64,000 nt of DNA from an uncultured virus (IMG/VR IMGVR_UViG_3300049982_000266) (Duplodnaviria; Heunggongvirae; Uroviricota; Caudoviricetes). Shown in pieces: positions 31,718-40,628 of this stretch. Location of the stretch: IMG/VR virus record IMGVR_UViG_3300049982_000266. One strand, 5' to 3'. The notes under the pieces were generated by a model, which searched no databases, was not told the DNA's origin, and saw only the letters and a list, made by a program, of their open reading frames with translations. The first letter of the stretch is position 1. Each line of letters begins with the position of its first letter. Made by a program: the position numbers and the translations under genes.

Positions 31718-32461
31718 CGGGGCTCTCGGTCACGGTGACCGTCGCCGACGCGATGGTCCCGTCCGTCTCGACGACGGTCTCGGTGACGGTGACCTCACGG
31801 GGCTCGCGGACGACGACGGTCGGCTGCGGCGGCTCGGGGGCGTCGATCTTGCCGAGGAGCCCGGCGTCCTGCAACTCCTTCGCGCGGACGACGGTGGTCG
31901 GCTGCGGGACGGCCGGGGGCGGCAGCCGCCGGGCCTCGGGGTCGCGGGGCTCGAACGGCTCGTCAGGCTCGCGGACGACGGCTACCACGGGTGCTCCAGG
32001 GGGTCGAGACGGTGCGCTGCACGACGCAGCGCCGATGCGATCACGGTACGGGCACGAGCCCGCCTGCGGGGCGCAGGACGCGCCGTGGCGAGGTCGGCGT
32101 CCCACGGCCGGTCGAAGCGCACGACCTGGCGGATCTTGCCGTCCTCGCCGATCGAGAAGTGCGCCAGCGGGCCGGTCAGGGCGTCGACCGGGGGGGGCGG
32201 CGGACCGGGGCTCACCGGCGGCGGCTCGGAGCCCTCGGAGATCTGCTGCTCAGCCACGGGTGCGCCTCGCCTTCGCTGCGGCCTTGCGCTCCTCGCGCGT
32301 CGGCTTCGACTCGGCACGCTGCGCAGGCTGGCCGGGCAGCGGCCGGAGGTGAGCGACGATGCCGAAGTGCCGGACGTCGACCGCCGAGCGCGGGCTGCGG
32401 TGCTGGCAGCCCGGCGTGCAGCGCGGGTACTCGGCCGGGGGGAGGGCGAGGGCGTCCAGAC

Positions 32462-32695
32462 TCATGCCGAGACGACCGGGCGGATGGAGGGGGCGACCTC
32501 GCCCACGGTGGCGCGGATGACGCCGAGGGCGTCGACCACGATGCGTCCGTCGGTGCGGCGGTCGACGACCGACCACTCGGCGGCCGAGCGCCAGGCGGCT
32601 GCCGCCTGCTGACCAGCGAAGGTGATGGCGACCTTCGCGCTGCTGAAGTAGCGGCGGGCTCCGGTGCCCTGCTCGCGGACGAGGTAGCGTTTCAC
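32462..32695 (-). CDS. hypothetical protein
   Basis: GTG after repeat module. Confidence 0.6.
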   Translation of the reverse strand: MKRYLVREQGTGARRYFSSAKVAITFAGQQAAAAWRSAAEWSVVDRRTDGRIVVDALGVIRATVGEVAPSIRPVVSA

Positions 32696-32770
32696 GTCGT
32701 GGCTCCTGTGCTCAGTGAGGGGTCGCTCGCCCCCGTGGTAGGGCAACCGTACACCACCCCACCTTTAGGG
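32696..32770 (-). promoter_or_regulatory. Repeat module with leader hairpin
   Basis: GTGGTGTACGGT ... GGGG-CGAGCGA-CCCC (32719-32733) ... CAGGAG. Confidence 0.75.
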
Positions 32771-32780
32771 CCGAACGCAC

Positions 32781-32818
32781 CGGAGCCCCGCGCCGGGGGA
32801 AGTCGGCGCGGGGCTCCG
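32781..32818 (-). terminator. GC-rich hairpin terminator
   Basis: CGGAGCCCCGCGCCG-N8-CGGCGCGGGGCTCCG, 15-bp perfect stem. Confidence 0.7.
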
Positions 32819-33191
32819 GGAGGGCGGACGGCTCAGCCGTACAGCGCCCTCACTGCGGTCGCGAGGCACGTCGGGCAGTCCCGGCGCTGGACGTCGCAGC
32901 GGCACGCCTCGCGGGCCAGCGTCAGCCCGGCAGAGCGTGCGGCGCGGGCGACCTCGAAGGCGGCCAGGTCGAGTCGGAAGGTGCGGGGGAGGTCGGCGGT
33001 CGTCAGGGTGGACGCAGTCAGGCTCATGGCCCCCTCCAGGTGACGCGGGTCTCGCGCTGAAGCCACTGTGCCACGAAGGGTGAACCTTGACTAGAGGGTT
33101 GCAGCACGCAGTTCGCTGCGAGGTGCGGGCAGCACGAAGCCCTCGTGTCGCAGCCGGGGGAGGGAGCGAACCTCCTGGTCCCGGACCGGGG

Positions 33192-33479
33192 CTACATGGA
33201 GCGGAAGGCACTCCTCAGGCGCCCGACGTGCGCGTGGATCACGGTCGCCAGCGCCGGGGTGTCGGCCTCAGCGTCCTTCGCGAACGCCTCCAGGTCGTCG
33301 AGGACGAGCACAGCCAGACCGGGCTCGCGAGCCTCGGCCAACGAGCGGATGCCGCGAGCGATGCCAGCGAGCGTCTTGCCGCTCTCCTTCGGCAGCATCT
33401 CGGCGGCCTGGACGCCGCGCGCCAGGGAGAGCAAGCGGGCAGTGGGACCGTCGATCGTGACGGGGATGCGGCCGGGCAC
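33192..33479 (-). CDS. hypothetical protein
   Basis: From VPGRIPVTIDG; coupled to AAA ATPase stop. Confidence 0.55.
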   Translation of the reverse strand: MPGRIPVTIDGPTARLLSLARGVQAAEMLPKESGKTLAGIARGIRSLAEAREPGLAVLVLDDLEAFAKDAEADTPALATVIHAHVGRLRSAFRSM

Positions 33480-35149
33480 TAAGACTCCTCGGTGGTGGTG
33501 GGCTTGCGGATGCCGGGGACGAAGTGCAGCCCCCGGAACATGGCGCACTTGGCGACCACGTCGGTGCTGAGCGGGACGCCGTTGCTCTTCGCGACGCGCA
33601 GCGACAGGCGCAACAGCATCTTCACGTCGCGGGGCGCGATGTGCTCGAAGCCACCGACCAGCGCGTCGAGCAGGTCGTCGTCGATCGTGACGCCCTGGTG
33701 CCGCGCCTGCACCTGCCAGACCGCGCGGATGCCGTCGATGTCCGGGACCTTGTAGTCGATGATCGCGGCGGCGCGGGACAGGATCGCGTCGTCGATGTTG
33801 TCGGCCCGGTTCGTGGTCATGAAGAGCAGCCCGTCGAAGTATTCGAGCGTGCGCAGGAACTCGGCCACAATCGCGTTCTGCGAGATGTTGTCGCCGCGCT
33901 GGAGCACGAAGACGTCGGCCTCGTCGAGCAGCAGGACGCAGTTCCAGCGCTTCGCCCTGGTGAAGATCTCCTCCAGGTTCTTCCGGACGTCGTCGGCGGC
34001 GATGCCGAGGTTGCCGCTGTGGATCGAGTAGAGCGGCCGGGCGATGAGTTCGGAGTAGACCTCGCCGGTCAGCGTCTTGCCGACGCCGGGCGCGCCCTTG
34101 CACAGCACGACGTTGCCCGCGCTCTTGCCCTCGATCACGTCTCCGGTGAAGTCGTCCAGGTTGCCGGTGAGGATGTCGAGGAGGTTGCGCTGGTCGTCCG
34201 GCAGCACGATCTTGTCGCGCAGCGTCGGGTCGTAGACGTAGCGCTCCAGGTCGCGGCCGTTGACGGTGATGAAGTCGTGCACGCGCAGGTCGAAGACCGG
34301 CACGGCGAAGTGCGTCGGGACCGCGCCCGCGCCGTCGACCTCGTCGTCCTCGCACTCGCGCTTGCTCGGGGCGGTGGTGCCGAAGACGGCGGACGGCGCA
34401 TAGAGCGACGGCGGCCGGACCTCGGACGGGGCGAGGTCCATGATGACCTTGCGGTTCTCGCGCTCGCCGCCGTCAGTCCGCCAGTTGTCGGTGCCCAGCG
34501 GCACGCCGTTGTAGCGGAACTGCTCGGCGAAGCCGGTGCTCAGGATCTCGACGTAGCCCTCCAGGGCGGCGTCGTAGTCGGCCCGCAGCGCGGGGGTCTC
34601 GACGTACGCACCGGCGCCTTCGAGCACCTGCGAGATGCGCTTGCGGGTCACGCTGTCGGCTTCGAGGTGGATGCTGCTCGTGGTCAGCCCCGAGCCCTTC
34701 GAGCCGTTGCGGCCGGAGCCGCGCGCCTGCTGGCCGTTCGCGGCCAGGTCGATCGTGACGTAGGGCGGACCACCCTGCGCGCGCGGCTCGTGGAACTTGA
34801 CGGCCGTGACGAGCCACGCGTGCAGGTGGCCGTCGGTGCCGCGCCTGTAGATCCAGCCGTCGGTGCGGCGGGTGCGCAGGTAGGCGAGGATCATCTCCGG
34901 CGCGGCGATGAGCCGGGGGATCTTCGGGTCGTCGCCAGCGCGGGCCGCGATGATGGCGCCGGTGACGCGGCTCAGCGGGCCGTTCCCGGCCGCCGTCAGC
35001 GCGTCGTGCAGCGCCGTGAGGATCGCGTCGTCGAGGTCGTCCGAGGTCAGCGTGACCTCGTCGCCGTAGCGCCCACCCTCGATCTTCGCGAGCAGCGCCG
35101 CGTCGGTCGTGTGGTCGCGCAGGGTCTTCGGGAACGTCAGCCCGCTCAC
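33479..35149 (-). CDS. AAA+ ATPase
   Basis: Walker A GAPGVGKT, Walker B LLLDEAD, sensor MTTNR, IDDAILSR. Confidence 0.9.
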   Translation of the reverse strand: MSGLTFPKTLRDHTTDAALLAKIEGGRYGDEVTLTSDDLDDAILTALHDALTAAGNGPLSRVTGAIIAARAGDDPKIPRLIAAPEMILAYLRTRRTDGWIYRRGTDGHLHAWLVTAVKFHEPRAQGGPPYVTIDLAANGQQARGSGRNGSKGSGLTTSSIHLEADSVTRKRISQVLEGAGAYVETPALRADYDAALEGYVEILSTGFAEQFRYNGVPLGTDNWRTDGGERENRKVIMDLAPSEVRPPSLYAPSAVFGTTAPSKRECEDDEVDGAGAVPTHFAVPVFDLRVHDFITVNGRDLERYVYDPTLRDKIVLPDDQRNLLDILTGNLDDFTGDVIEGKSAGNVVLCKGAPGVGKTLTGEVYSELIARPLYSIHSGNLGIAADDVRKNLEEIFTRAKRWNCVLLLDEADVFVLQRGDNISQNAIVAEFLRTLEYFDGLLFMTTNRADNIDDAILSRAAAIIDYKVPDIDGIRAVWQVQARHQGVTIDDDLLDALVGGFEHIAPRDVKMLLRLSLRVAKSNGVPLSTDVVAKCAMFRGLHFVPGIRKPTTTEES

Positions 35150-35427
35150 AGGTTCACTCCGCTCAGGACGGCCGGGTCGACGGCGCGGAGGGCGCCGCCG
35201 GAGGTACGCATCTGCTGGTACATGCGGCGCACGGTCTCGCGCGCCTCGTTGTCGTTGAGCCCGAGGAAGCGCAGGCGCAGGTTGACCACGCCTCCACCGA
35301 CGGGCTTCGCCGAGGACTCCTCGACGACGGCCAGGTCGTTCACGGGCTGGACCGCCAGCGCCAGCGCCTCGTCGGGCGTGGTGGTGGGGGCGGGCTGCAC
35401 GTCGATCGAGACGTAGTAGGTCTTCAC
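35146..35427 (-). CDS. hypothetical protein
   Basis: First gene after repeat module, coupled to ATPase. Confidence 0.65.
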   Translation of the reverse strand: MKTYYVSIDVQPAPTTTPDEALALAVQPVNDLAVVEESSAKPVGGGVVNLRLRFLGLNDNEARETVRRMYQQMRTSGGALRAVDPAVLSGVNL

Positions 35428-35503
35428 TGCTGCTCCTGGTGCTCGGGCCGGTCGCTCTCCGGCGTGATGACAGAACGGTAGCACACCCGTCCACGGACTT
35501 AGC
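35428..35503 (-). promoter_or_regulatory. Repeat module with leader hairpin
   Basis: GCTAAGTCCGTGGACGGGTGTGCTACCGT ... GCCGG-AGAGCGA-CCGGC (35447-35463) ... CCAGGAG; TAA is the upstream stop. Confidence 0.8.
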
Positions 35504-35704
35504 GACTGCGGCGGATCTCCACGACGAAGCGGCCGGAGTCGTACGCGGTGTGCACCGTGCAGCCATGCTCGCGGGCGGCACGGGCCAGTCGGGGGCGCAG
35601 GGCGCGCGCCTGCGCGGCGCTGCCGGGCTCCAGGACATAGAGCCCCGGCTCGCCCGTCCAGGCGGTGTCGGAGGCGTCCACGCGCCGGGGCAGCAGGTCG
35701 GCGC

Positions 35705-35950
35705 TCATGCGGACGGCGCCAGAGCGGCGGGGACGCGGTCGCGGCCCATCTGCGGCTTGCACAGCGTCGGGTTGAGGGCGACGTGCGCGGCGGCGAACTG
35801 CCAGGCGGCGGCGCTCGTGCGGTGGCTGTTGAGCGGGAGGTGGCCGCACCCGCAGGTGACGACCACGATCTCGACGAGGGCGGTCATCGCTCGCTCGCAG
35901 GGCGCGTTGCGGCCGAAGCGGCGCGCGGGGGTGATGGTCTCGATCTTCAC
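35705..35950 (-). CDS. small hypothetical protein
   Basis: 81-aa ORF after repeat module. Confidence 0.6.
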   Translation of the reverse strand: MKIETITPARRFGRNAPCERAMTALVEIVVVTCGCGHLPLNSHRTSAAAWQFAAAHVALNPTLCKPQMGRDRVPAALAPSA

Positions 35951-36011
35951 GGGGGCTCCTGAGGGTGGGCGCCGGGTTCGCTCCCCGGCGTGTGAAAGAA
36001 CTGTAGCACAG
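35951..36011 (-). promoter_or_regulatory. Repeat module with leader hairpin
   Basis: TGTGCTACAGT ... CGCCGGG-GAGCGAA-CCCGGCG (35970-35990) ... CAGGAG. Confidence 0.8.
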
Positions 36012-36115
36012 TCAGTCGACGCGCAGGGCCAGCGCCACGAGATCCGCCACGAGGACGGCCAGGGCGCCGAGCCCGACGTCGGCCGGGTGGCTCCTCAGCC
36101 ACCCGGCCGCGCGGC

Positions 36116-36946
36116 TCACCGGCGCTTCGCGGCGCGCTTGTCGGCGGCGGCGATCTCGTCGGCGGGGGTCGTGCCGTTGCGGGCCGCCAGGGCGGCGGCC
36201 ACGGCGTCGCGGTCAGCGGCGACGTAGTACGGGTGGTCCCACTTCCACTCGGCACCGTCGGTCAGGAAGGACTTGGCCTTGCGGATCGTGGAGATGCCGC
36301 CCCGGTAGTCCCAGCCCGCGTCGGGCGTGACCAGAGTGACCGTCGCGTGCAGGTCGTCAGCGGCAGCCTTCGCGGCCTTCGCGGCAGCCTTCGCGGCCTT
36401 CTCGGCGTCGCGGGCGGCCCGAGCGGCAGCGGCCTCAACCTCGGTCGCGTGGAGCGTGCGGCGCGGGCGGCTCAGCGTCTCGACCGGCGCGCTCGGGTAG
36501 CAGACGGTGCAGGCGTCGGAGCCAGCGCCCTCGACGATCTCGGCCTCGGTCTTGCCGGACTCCTGCGGGAGCCAGCCCCAGCGGGTCGTCGGGTAGGTCG
36601 TCGAGCAAGAGGTCGACGAGTGCAGGTGGCCGTTGTTGTTGAGGACGAGGAACGCGCGGGTCCAGCCGCCGCGACGCTCGAACTCGGCGTGCAGCGGGGC
36701 CGCCTCGGTCTTCGCCTCGGCGATCGCCGCGCGGATCGTCTCGATCTTGGCGAGCACCCGGTCGAGCCCGGCCTGCGTGTAGGAGGAGAAGACGCGATTG
36801 CCAGCGGCGGCCTTCGCGATGCCGTCCTCGTGCTCGTCCCGGTGCTTCGCCTGGACGAGCAGGTCGCCGAAGAGGCTGCCGATGCGCTCCTCGATCGGCG
36901 CGAGGACCGAGTCGATCTCGGCGGGGGTGGCGGTGGTGATGTTCAC
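36116..36946 (-). CDS. actinophage-type protein with H..C / CxxC metal site
   Basis: GWTRAFLV...GHLHSSTSCST...WLP..SG...ACTVCYPSAP. Confidence 0.7.
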   Translation of the reverse strand: MNITTATPAEIDSVLAPIEERIGSLFGDLLVQAKHRDEHEDGIAKAAAGNRVFSSYTQAGLDRVLAKIETIRAAIAEAKTEAAPLHAEFERRGGWTRAFLVLNNNGHLHSSTSCSTTYPTTRWGWLPQESGKTEAEIVEGAGSDACTVCYPSAPVETLSRPRRTLHATEVEAAAARAARDAEKAAKAAAKAAKAAADDLHATVTLVTPDAGWDYRGGISTIRKAKSFLTDGAEWKWDHPYYVAADRDAVAAALAARNGTTPADEIAAADKRAAKRR

Positions 36947-37063
36947 GTCTGCTCCCGTGCTCTCTGCGGGTTCGCTCGACCCGATGAGAGAACTGTAGCA
37001 CAGTCCCGGACGGGCGTACCCCGGCTTACGAGGATCGCTAAGCCGAGGTACGGTTCCGTACAG
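36947..37063 (-). promoter_or_regulatory. Repeat module with leader hairpin and inverted box pair
   Basis: TGTGCTACAGT, CGGGT-CGAGCGA-ACCCG (36967-36983); inverted boxes 37015-37028 and 37039-37052. Confidence 0.8.
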
Positions 37064-37103
37064 TGAGGAGACGGCTGCCGTGAGGGCAGGCCCATGTTGC
37101 TCC

Positions 37104-37766
37104 CTACGTGGTGGGACGCGTGCGCTGCGACACGACGGCGCACTCGCCATCGGCCGCGAGCAGGAGACCGAAGTCCTCCCACGAGAGCAAGGCGGTGCCA
37201 CCGACGCCCCAGTCCTTCCCCCACGAGTTGTGCACGAGGACGGTCCGCTTCGGCACGTTCACCCCTCGGACCAAGACGCAGTGCCCTCCCTCGACCTGTC
37301 CCGTCCGCCGGATGAAGCCGTCCGATCCGGGGCGGAACATGCCGGTCCACCACTCGACGCCGATGACGACCGGACCGCGCCGCGAGATGGTCGCGAGCGC
37401 GTCCTGGAGCCCGAACGCCCAGCGGTACTCGCCGACGTAGCCGAGCGCCTTCGCGGCCTTCGCACCGGCCAGCACGGAGGTGCCGGAGTACGCCTCGCCC
37501 TCCCACTCGTCGAGGCGCTGCGCGTCCCGGTAGATGCCGAACGCGAGCGGGCTCGTGGCGGGCAGCGGCAGCGGCTTCGCGGCGATCTCGTGCGCCCAGC
37601 CGTGGCCGACGCAGGCACCCTCCTGGCCCTGGTCGAGATAGGTGTCGCAGCCCCACGTGTAGGAGCGCGGCTCCTCGCCAGCGGCGAGGGTGCGGTAGCC
37701 CTTCGACGCCGGGTCGTGTCGGGACTGCCAGTCGAGGATCGGGCCGATCGGGCTCTTCGTCACCAT
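37104..37766 (-). CDS. papain-like cysteine peptidase (family C1)
   Basis: LDQGQEGACVG, GGHCV, HNSWGKDWG catalytic motifs. Confidence 0.9.
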   Translation of the reverse strand: MVTKSPIGPILDWQSRHDPASKGYRTLAAGEEPRSYTWGCDTYLDQGQEGACVGHGWAHEIAAKPLPLPATSPLAFGIYRDAQRLDEWEGEAYSGTSVLAGAKAAKALGYVGEYRWAFGLQDALATISRRGPVVIGVEWWTGMFRPGSDGFIRRTGQVEGGHCVLVRGVNVPKRTVLVHNSWGKDWGVGGTALLSWEDFGLLLAADGECAVVSQRTRPTT

Positions 37767-37793
37767 CCGCTCAGGATCGCCCCGAGCCCTGCC

Positions 37794-38153
37794 TTACGTC
37801 GCGTGCAGCGTCAGCAGCGACGGGTCCGGGCGGGGCGCCCACAGGTCGGGCGAGATGACGAGCGCGACGGCCGGGTCAAGCCGGAAGGTCAGCGACCCGG
37901 AGTCCAGGTGCTCGCGCGCCAGCGCGGCGGCAGTGTGCACGTGCAGCCCGGCCCGGCAGAGCCGGAGCGTGGCGCGGGCGATGATCCGCTCGTCCGGCGC
38001 CCAGTGCAGCGGCGTGCCGCTCGTGGCGCCCGGCGGTCGGGGGCAGGCGCGTAGGTAGCCCTTGCGGGTCCAGTGGTCAGCCTGGCGCCGCGTCAGTCCC
38101 TCGGCGACGAGGTCGCCGATCGGCACACAGTCGTCATGCACGTGCTCGGTCAT
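37794..38153 (-). CDS. MerR-like HTH DNA-binding protein
   Basis: GLTRRQADHWTRKGYL...SGTPLHW. Confidence 0.65.
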   Translation of the reverse strand: MTEHVHDDCVPIGDLVAEGLTRRQADHWTRKGYLRACPRPPGATSGTPLHWAPDERIIARATLRLCRAGLHVHTAAALAREHLDSGSLTFRLDPAVALVISPDLWAPRPDPSLLTLHAT

Positions 38154-38529
38154 CGCAGCAGCCGCCGGGCAGCGAGCCCGAGGGCATCGCGTAGACCCCT
38201 GGCGGCCAGCCTCATGCGCTCGGCGTCCGTCGGCGGCGGGCTCCAGCGCGCCGCGTCAGCGGAGACCTCGGCGTCGGCGATGGTCGAGTCAATCTGTGCG
38301 AGCACCTGTTCGGTGCGGCTCATGGTCCCCCCTCGTGGCTGCGGAGAGGCGCCGGGTCCGCGACACGTGTTCCAGGGGCGTCACTCCCCGGCCCCGTCCG
38401 TGCCTGACGAGGGACCCACTAGGGACTGCTCGCCCGGTGCCTCTCCTCCACCTCGACTGTCCGGCGTCCCGTCTGGCCGAGGTGCACGGTTCGGGATGCC
38501 TCCCTTGCCGCACGAGCAGGGTATCGCGA

Positions 38530-39213
38530 TCAAGCGCCGATGCCGGTGAGGGCGCGCGCGGCGACCTCCACCTCGGGCCAGGTGTCGGTGACGACGACAG
38601 CCAGCCACACGTTCGCGACGGCCAGCAGCCCCGCCAGCACGCGCTCGGGCCAGGTGTCGGTCGTGAAGAGCCCGACGCCGTAGCGACGGCGTGACGGCCA
38701 CAGCAGCGGCACGCGCTCGGGAGTCAGAGCGTCGCCGAGCAGGTGCGCCAGCGCGCCAAGCGCCAGCGCCCAGCCGAGCCATGCCGTCTGCACCTCCCCG
38801 GCGTAGACGGCCAGCGCGAGCACCCCGGCGGCGATCTCGTTGCGCGGCCCCTTGTCGTGGAGCAGGACGCCGAGCGCGAGGCTCGCGGCGAGGAAGACGG
38901 GCACGACGGCCCACCATCCCCCGGCCGCTCCGGCGGCGGCGCCGAGCACGCCGACCAGGGCGACGAAGAGCAGGCTGTGCGTGCCCTGCCGGTGGCCGCC
39001 GGACAGCCGCGCCACGAGCCGCGCGAGCGCCCGCGTCAGCGGCCCCCACGAGCGGGCGATCGACGACGACGGGTGGTCGAGGTCGGGCAGCATCGCGGCC
39101 CCGGCGGTGACGACGAGCCCGGCGGCGATCTCCCGGCCGCCGAGCCCGAGCAGCGGCGTCGCGGCCAGCCACACCGTCACGCCGGACAGGGCGTGCGTCC
39201 GAGCCATGCACAC
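38530..39213 (-). CDS. membrane metal-dependent hydrolase (YdjM-like)
   Basis: THALSG, LPDLDHP, HRQGTHSL, HLLGDALT; multiple TMs. Confidence 0.85.
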   Translation of the reverse strand: MCMARTHALSGVTVWLAATPLLGLGGREIAAGLVVTAGAAMLPDLDHPSSSIARSWGPLTRALARLVARLSGGHRQGTHSLLFVALVGVLGAAAGAAGGWWAVVPVFLAASLALGVLLHDKGPRNEIAAGVLALAVYAGEVQTAWLGWALALGALAHLLGDALTPERVPLLWPSRRRYGVGLFTTDTWPERVLAGLLAVANVWLAVVVTDTWPEVEVAARALTGIGA

Positions 39214-39357
39214 GTCAGGACAGCCAGAACGGGTAGGTGTCGGGATCCTCGGGCGGGTCGGGCACCTCGCCGCCGGTCGGGCGCTGGCGCATCACGGCGA
39301 GCATCCCGAGCCCGGCGAGTGCGGCGACGGCGCCGATGACGGTCAGGACGTCCACGG

Positions 39358-39690
39358 TCAGCGGGCCTTGACCTCGACCCGGGCTGCGGCCTCCAGGCTA
39401 GAGCGGACGCTCATGCCGGGCCGCCGGTACTCGCGCGGCGGCTCAACGGCCATCGCGCCTGGCCAGCCGACTCCGCTCGGAAGCCGCACGTCGGGGAACC
39501 GCGCCGGGTCGAGTGGCTCGGCATCCGCTCGGCCGGGATGTTCGGGACCAGGAAGGTGCAGGTCACAGGCCCGGCGTCGGACGTACCCCTCATCCTGGTT
39601 GTACTCGTGGATGTACAGCCAGCGCGGCCCACGGGGGCACCCGTCGTGGTGGCAACGTGCGCGATAAGCGCCGCTCGGTACGTCGGTCAT
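39358..39690 (-). CDS. hypothetical protein
   Basis: Starts within 33-bp direct repeat (MTDVPS). Confidence 0.55.
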   Translation of the reverse strand: MTDVPSGAYRARCHHDGCPRGPRWLYIHEYNQDEGYVRRRACDLHLPGPEHPGRADAEPLDPARFPDVRLPSGVGWPGAMAVEPPREYRRPGMSVRSSLEAAARVEVKAR

Positions 39691-40089
39691 CGGACGGTCC
39701 TCCGCTCAGCAGGGGTATCGGGGATCGAGCCGAGGTAGGCGCAGGCGACGGCCCAGGCTTCGGGGTGCTCAAGCGGCACGACGTGCTTCCACTCGGCCGC
39801 CCGCTCGGCCGTAGCGGTCAGCCAGTCGGCGACGGCGAGCGCGACCTGCGGGTGCCACGAGGCGCAGTGCGCCCCGATCTCACCGCCGAGGTAGCCGTCC
39901 ACCATGCGCGGCCACAGGTGCTCGGGCGTGACGCCGCAACGCGGGTCGCTGTACGGCGTCCGTGCCTTCTCGGTGTTCGCGGCCTGCGCCCGTTCGCGCA
40001 TGAGGCGGGCAGCCTCGCGCAACGTCTCGACCGGCGTCAAAACAGAAGCGCAACTAGGTACGTCGGACATCGGACGGTCCTCCGCTCAG
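39677..40089. repeat. 33-bp direct repeat pair (39677-39709, 40057-40089) bracketing one gene
   Basis: GGTACGTCGG(T/A)CATCGGACGGTCCTCCGCTCAG, 1 mismatch. Confidence 0.85.
39687..40070 (-). CDS. phage hypothetical protein
   Basis: LREAARLMRERA...ASWHPQVALAVADWL...AWAVACAYLG. Confidence 0.7.
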   Translation of the reverse strand: MSDVPSCASVLTPVETLREAARLMRERAQAANTEKARTPYSDPRCGVTPEHLWPRMVDGYLGGEIGAHCASWHPQVALAVADWLTATAERAAEWKHVVPLEHPEAWAVACAYLGSIPDTPAERRTVR

Positions 40090-40199
40090 TGGGTGTTTTG
40101 ATGTAGATCGCGCACGAGTCCCAGTGGTCGCCGTCGTAGGCGTCGCAGTCGGGGGTTCACGATCGGCGGTGACGTCGGTGAGCGGGACGCTGAAGCCGG

Positions 40200-40628
40200 T
40201 CACAGCCCGAGGGCCTTCGCCTTCACGTCGTTCCACGAGCCGAGCGTGTTGCGCACGGTCTGCGCGCTCGGGGCGGCGTGCGTCATCGTCCAGCGGGTGA
40301 AGTCGGCGTAGGAGCCCTTCGCGTCAGGGTCGGCGAGGTAGGCGCGGACGGCGGCCCAGCAGTCCTCCTCGCTGAAGGTCCGGGCGTAGGTGCTGCGGCC
40401 GGAGCCGCCGGGCTCGACGCCTGCGGCCTCGCACGCGGCTCGCCAGGAGCCGAAGCGCTGGAGCACGCGGGCCGGGCTGACGGCGTCGTCGGGCTTCGTT
40501 CGGTCATACCGGCGGCTGGACAAGCGGCCGTCGGGCCATGCGGCGGCGGCGGTCCGCAGGTCGTCGAGCACTTGCTCGTCGGTGCGTCCGTCTCCCTTGC
40601 GCTGCGGGTGCAGTGCGGTGGTCGACAC
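40200..40628 (-). CDS. homing-endonuclease-associated repeat protein (two repeats, no nuclease domain)
   Basis: TDEQVLDDLR...Y...RFGSWRAACEAAGV and second repeat ...PSAQTVRNTLGSWND. Confidence 0.75.
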   Translation of the reverse strand: MSTTALHPQRKGDGRTDEQVLDDLRTAAAAWPDGRLSSRRYDRTKPDDAVSPARVLQRFGSWRAACEAAGVEPGGSGRSTYARTFSEEDCWAAVRAYLADPDAKGSYADFTRWTMTHAAPSAQTVRNTLGSWNDVKAKALGL

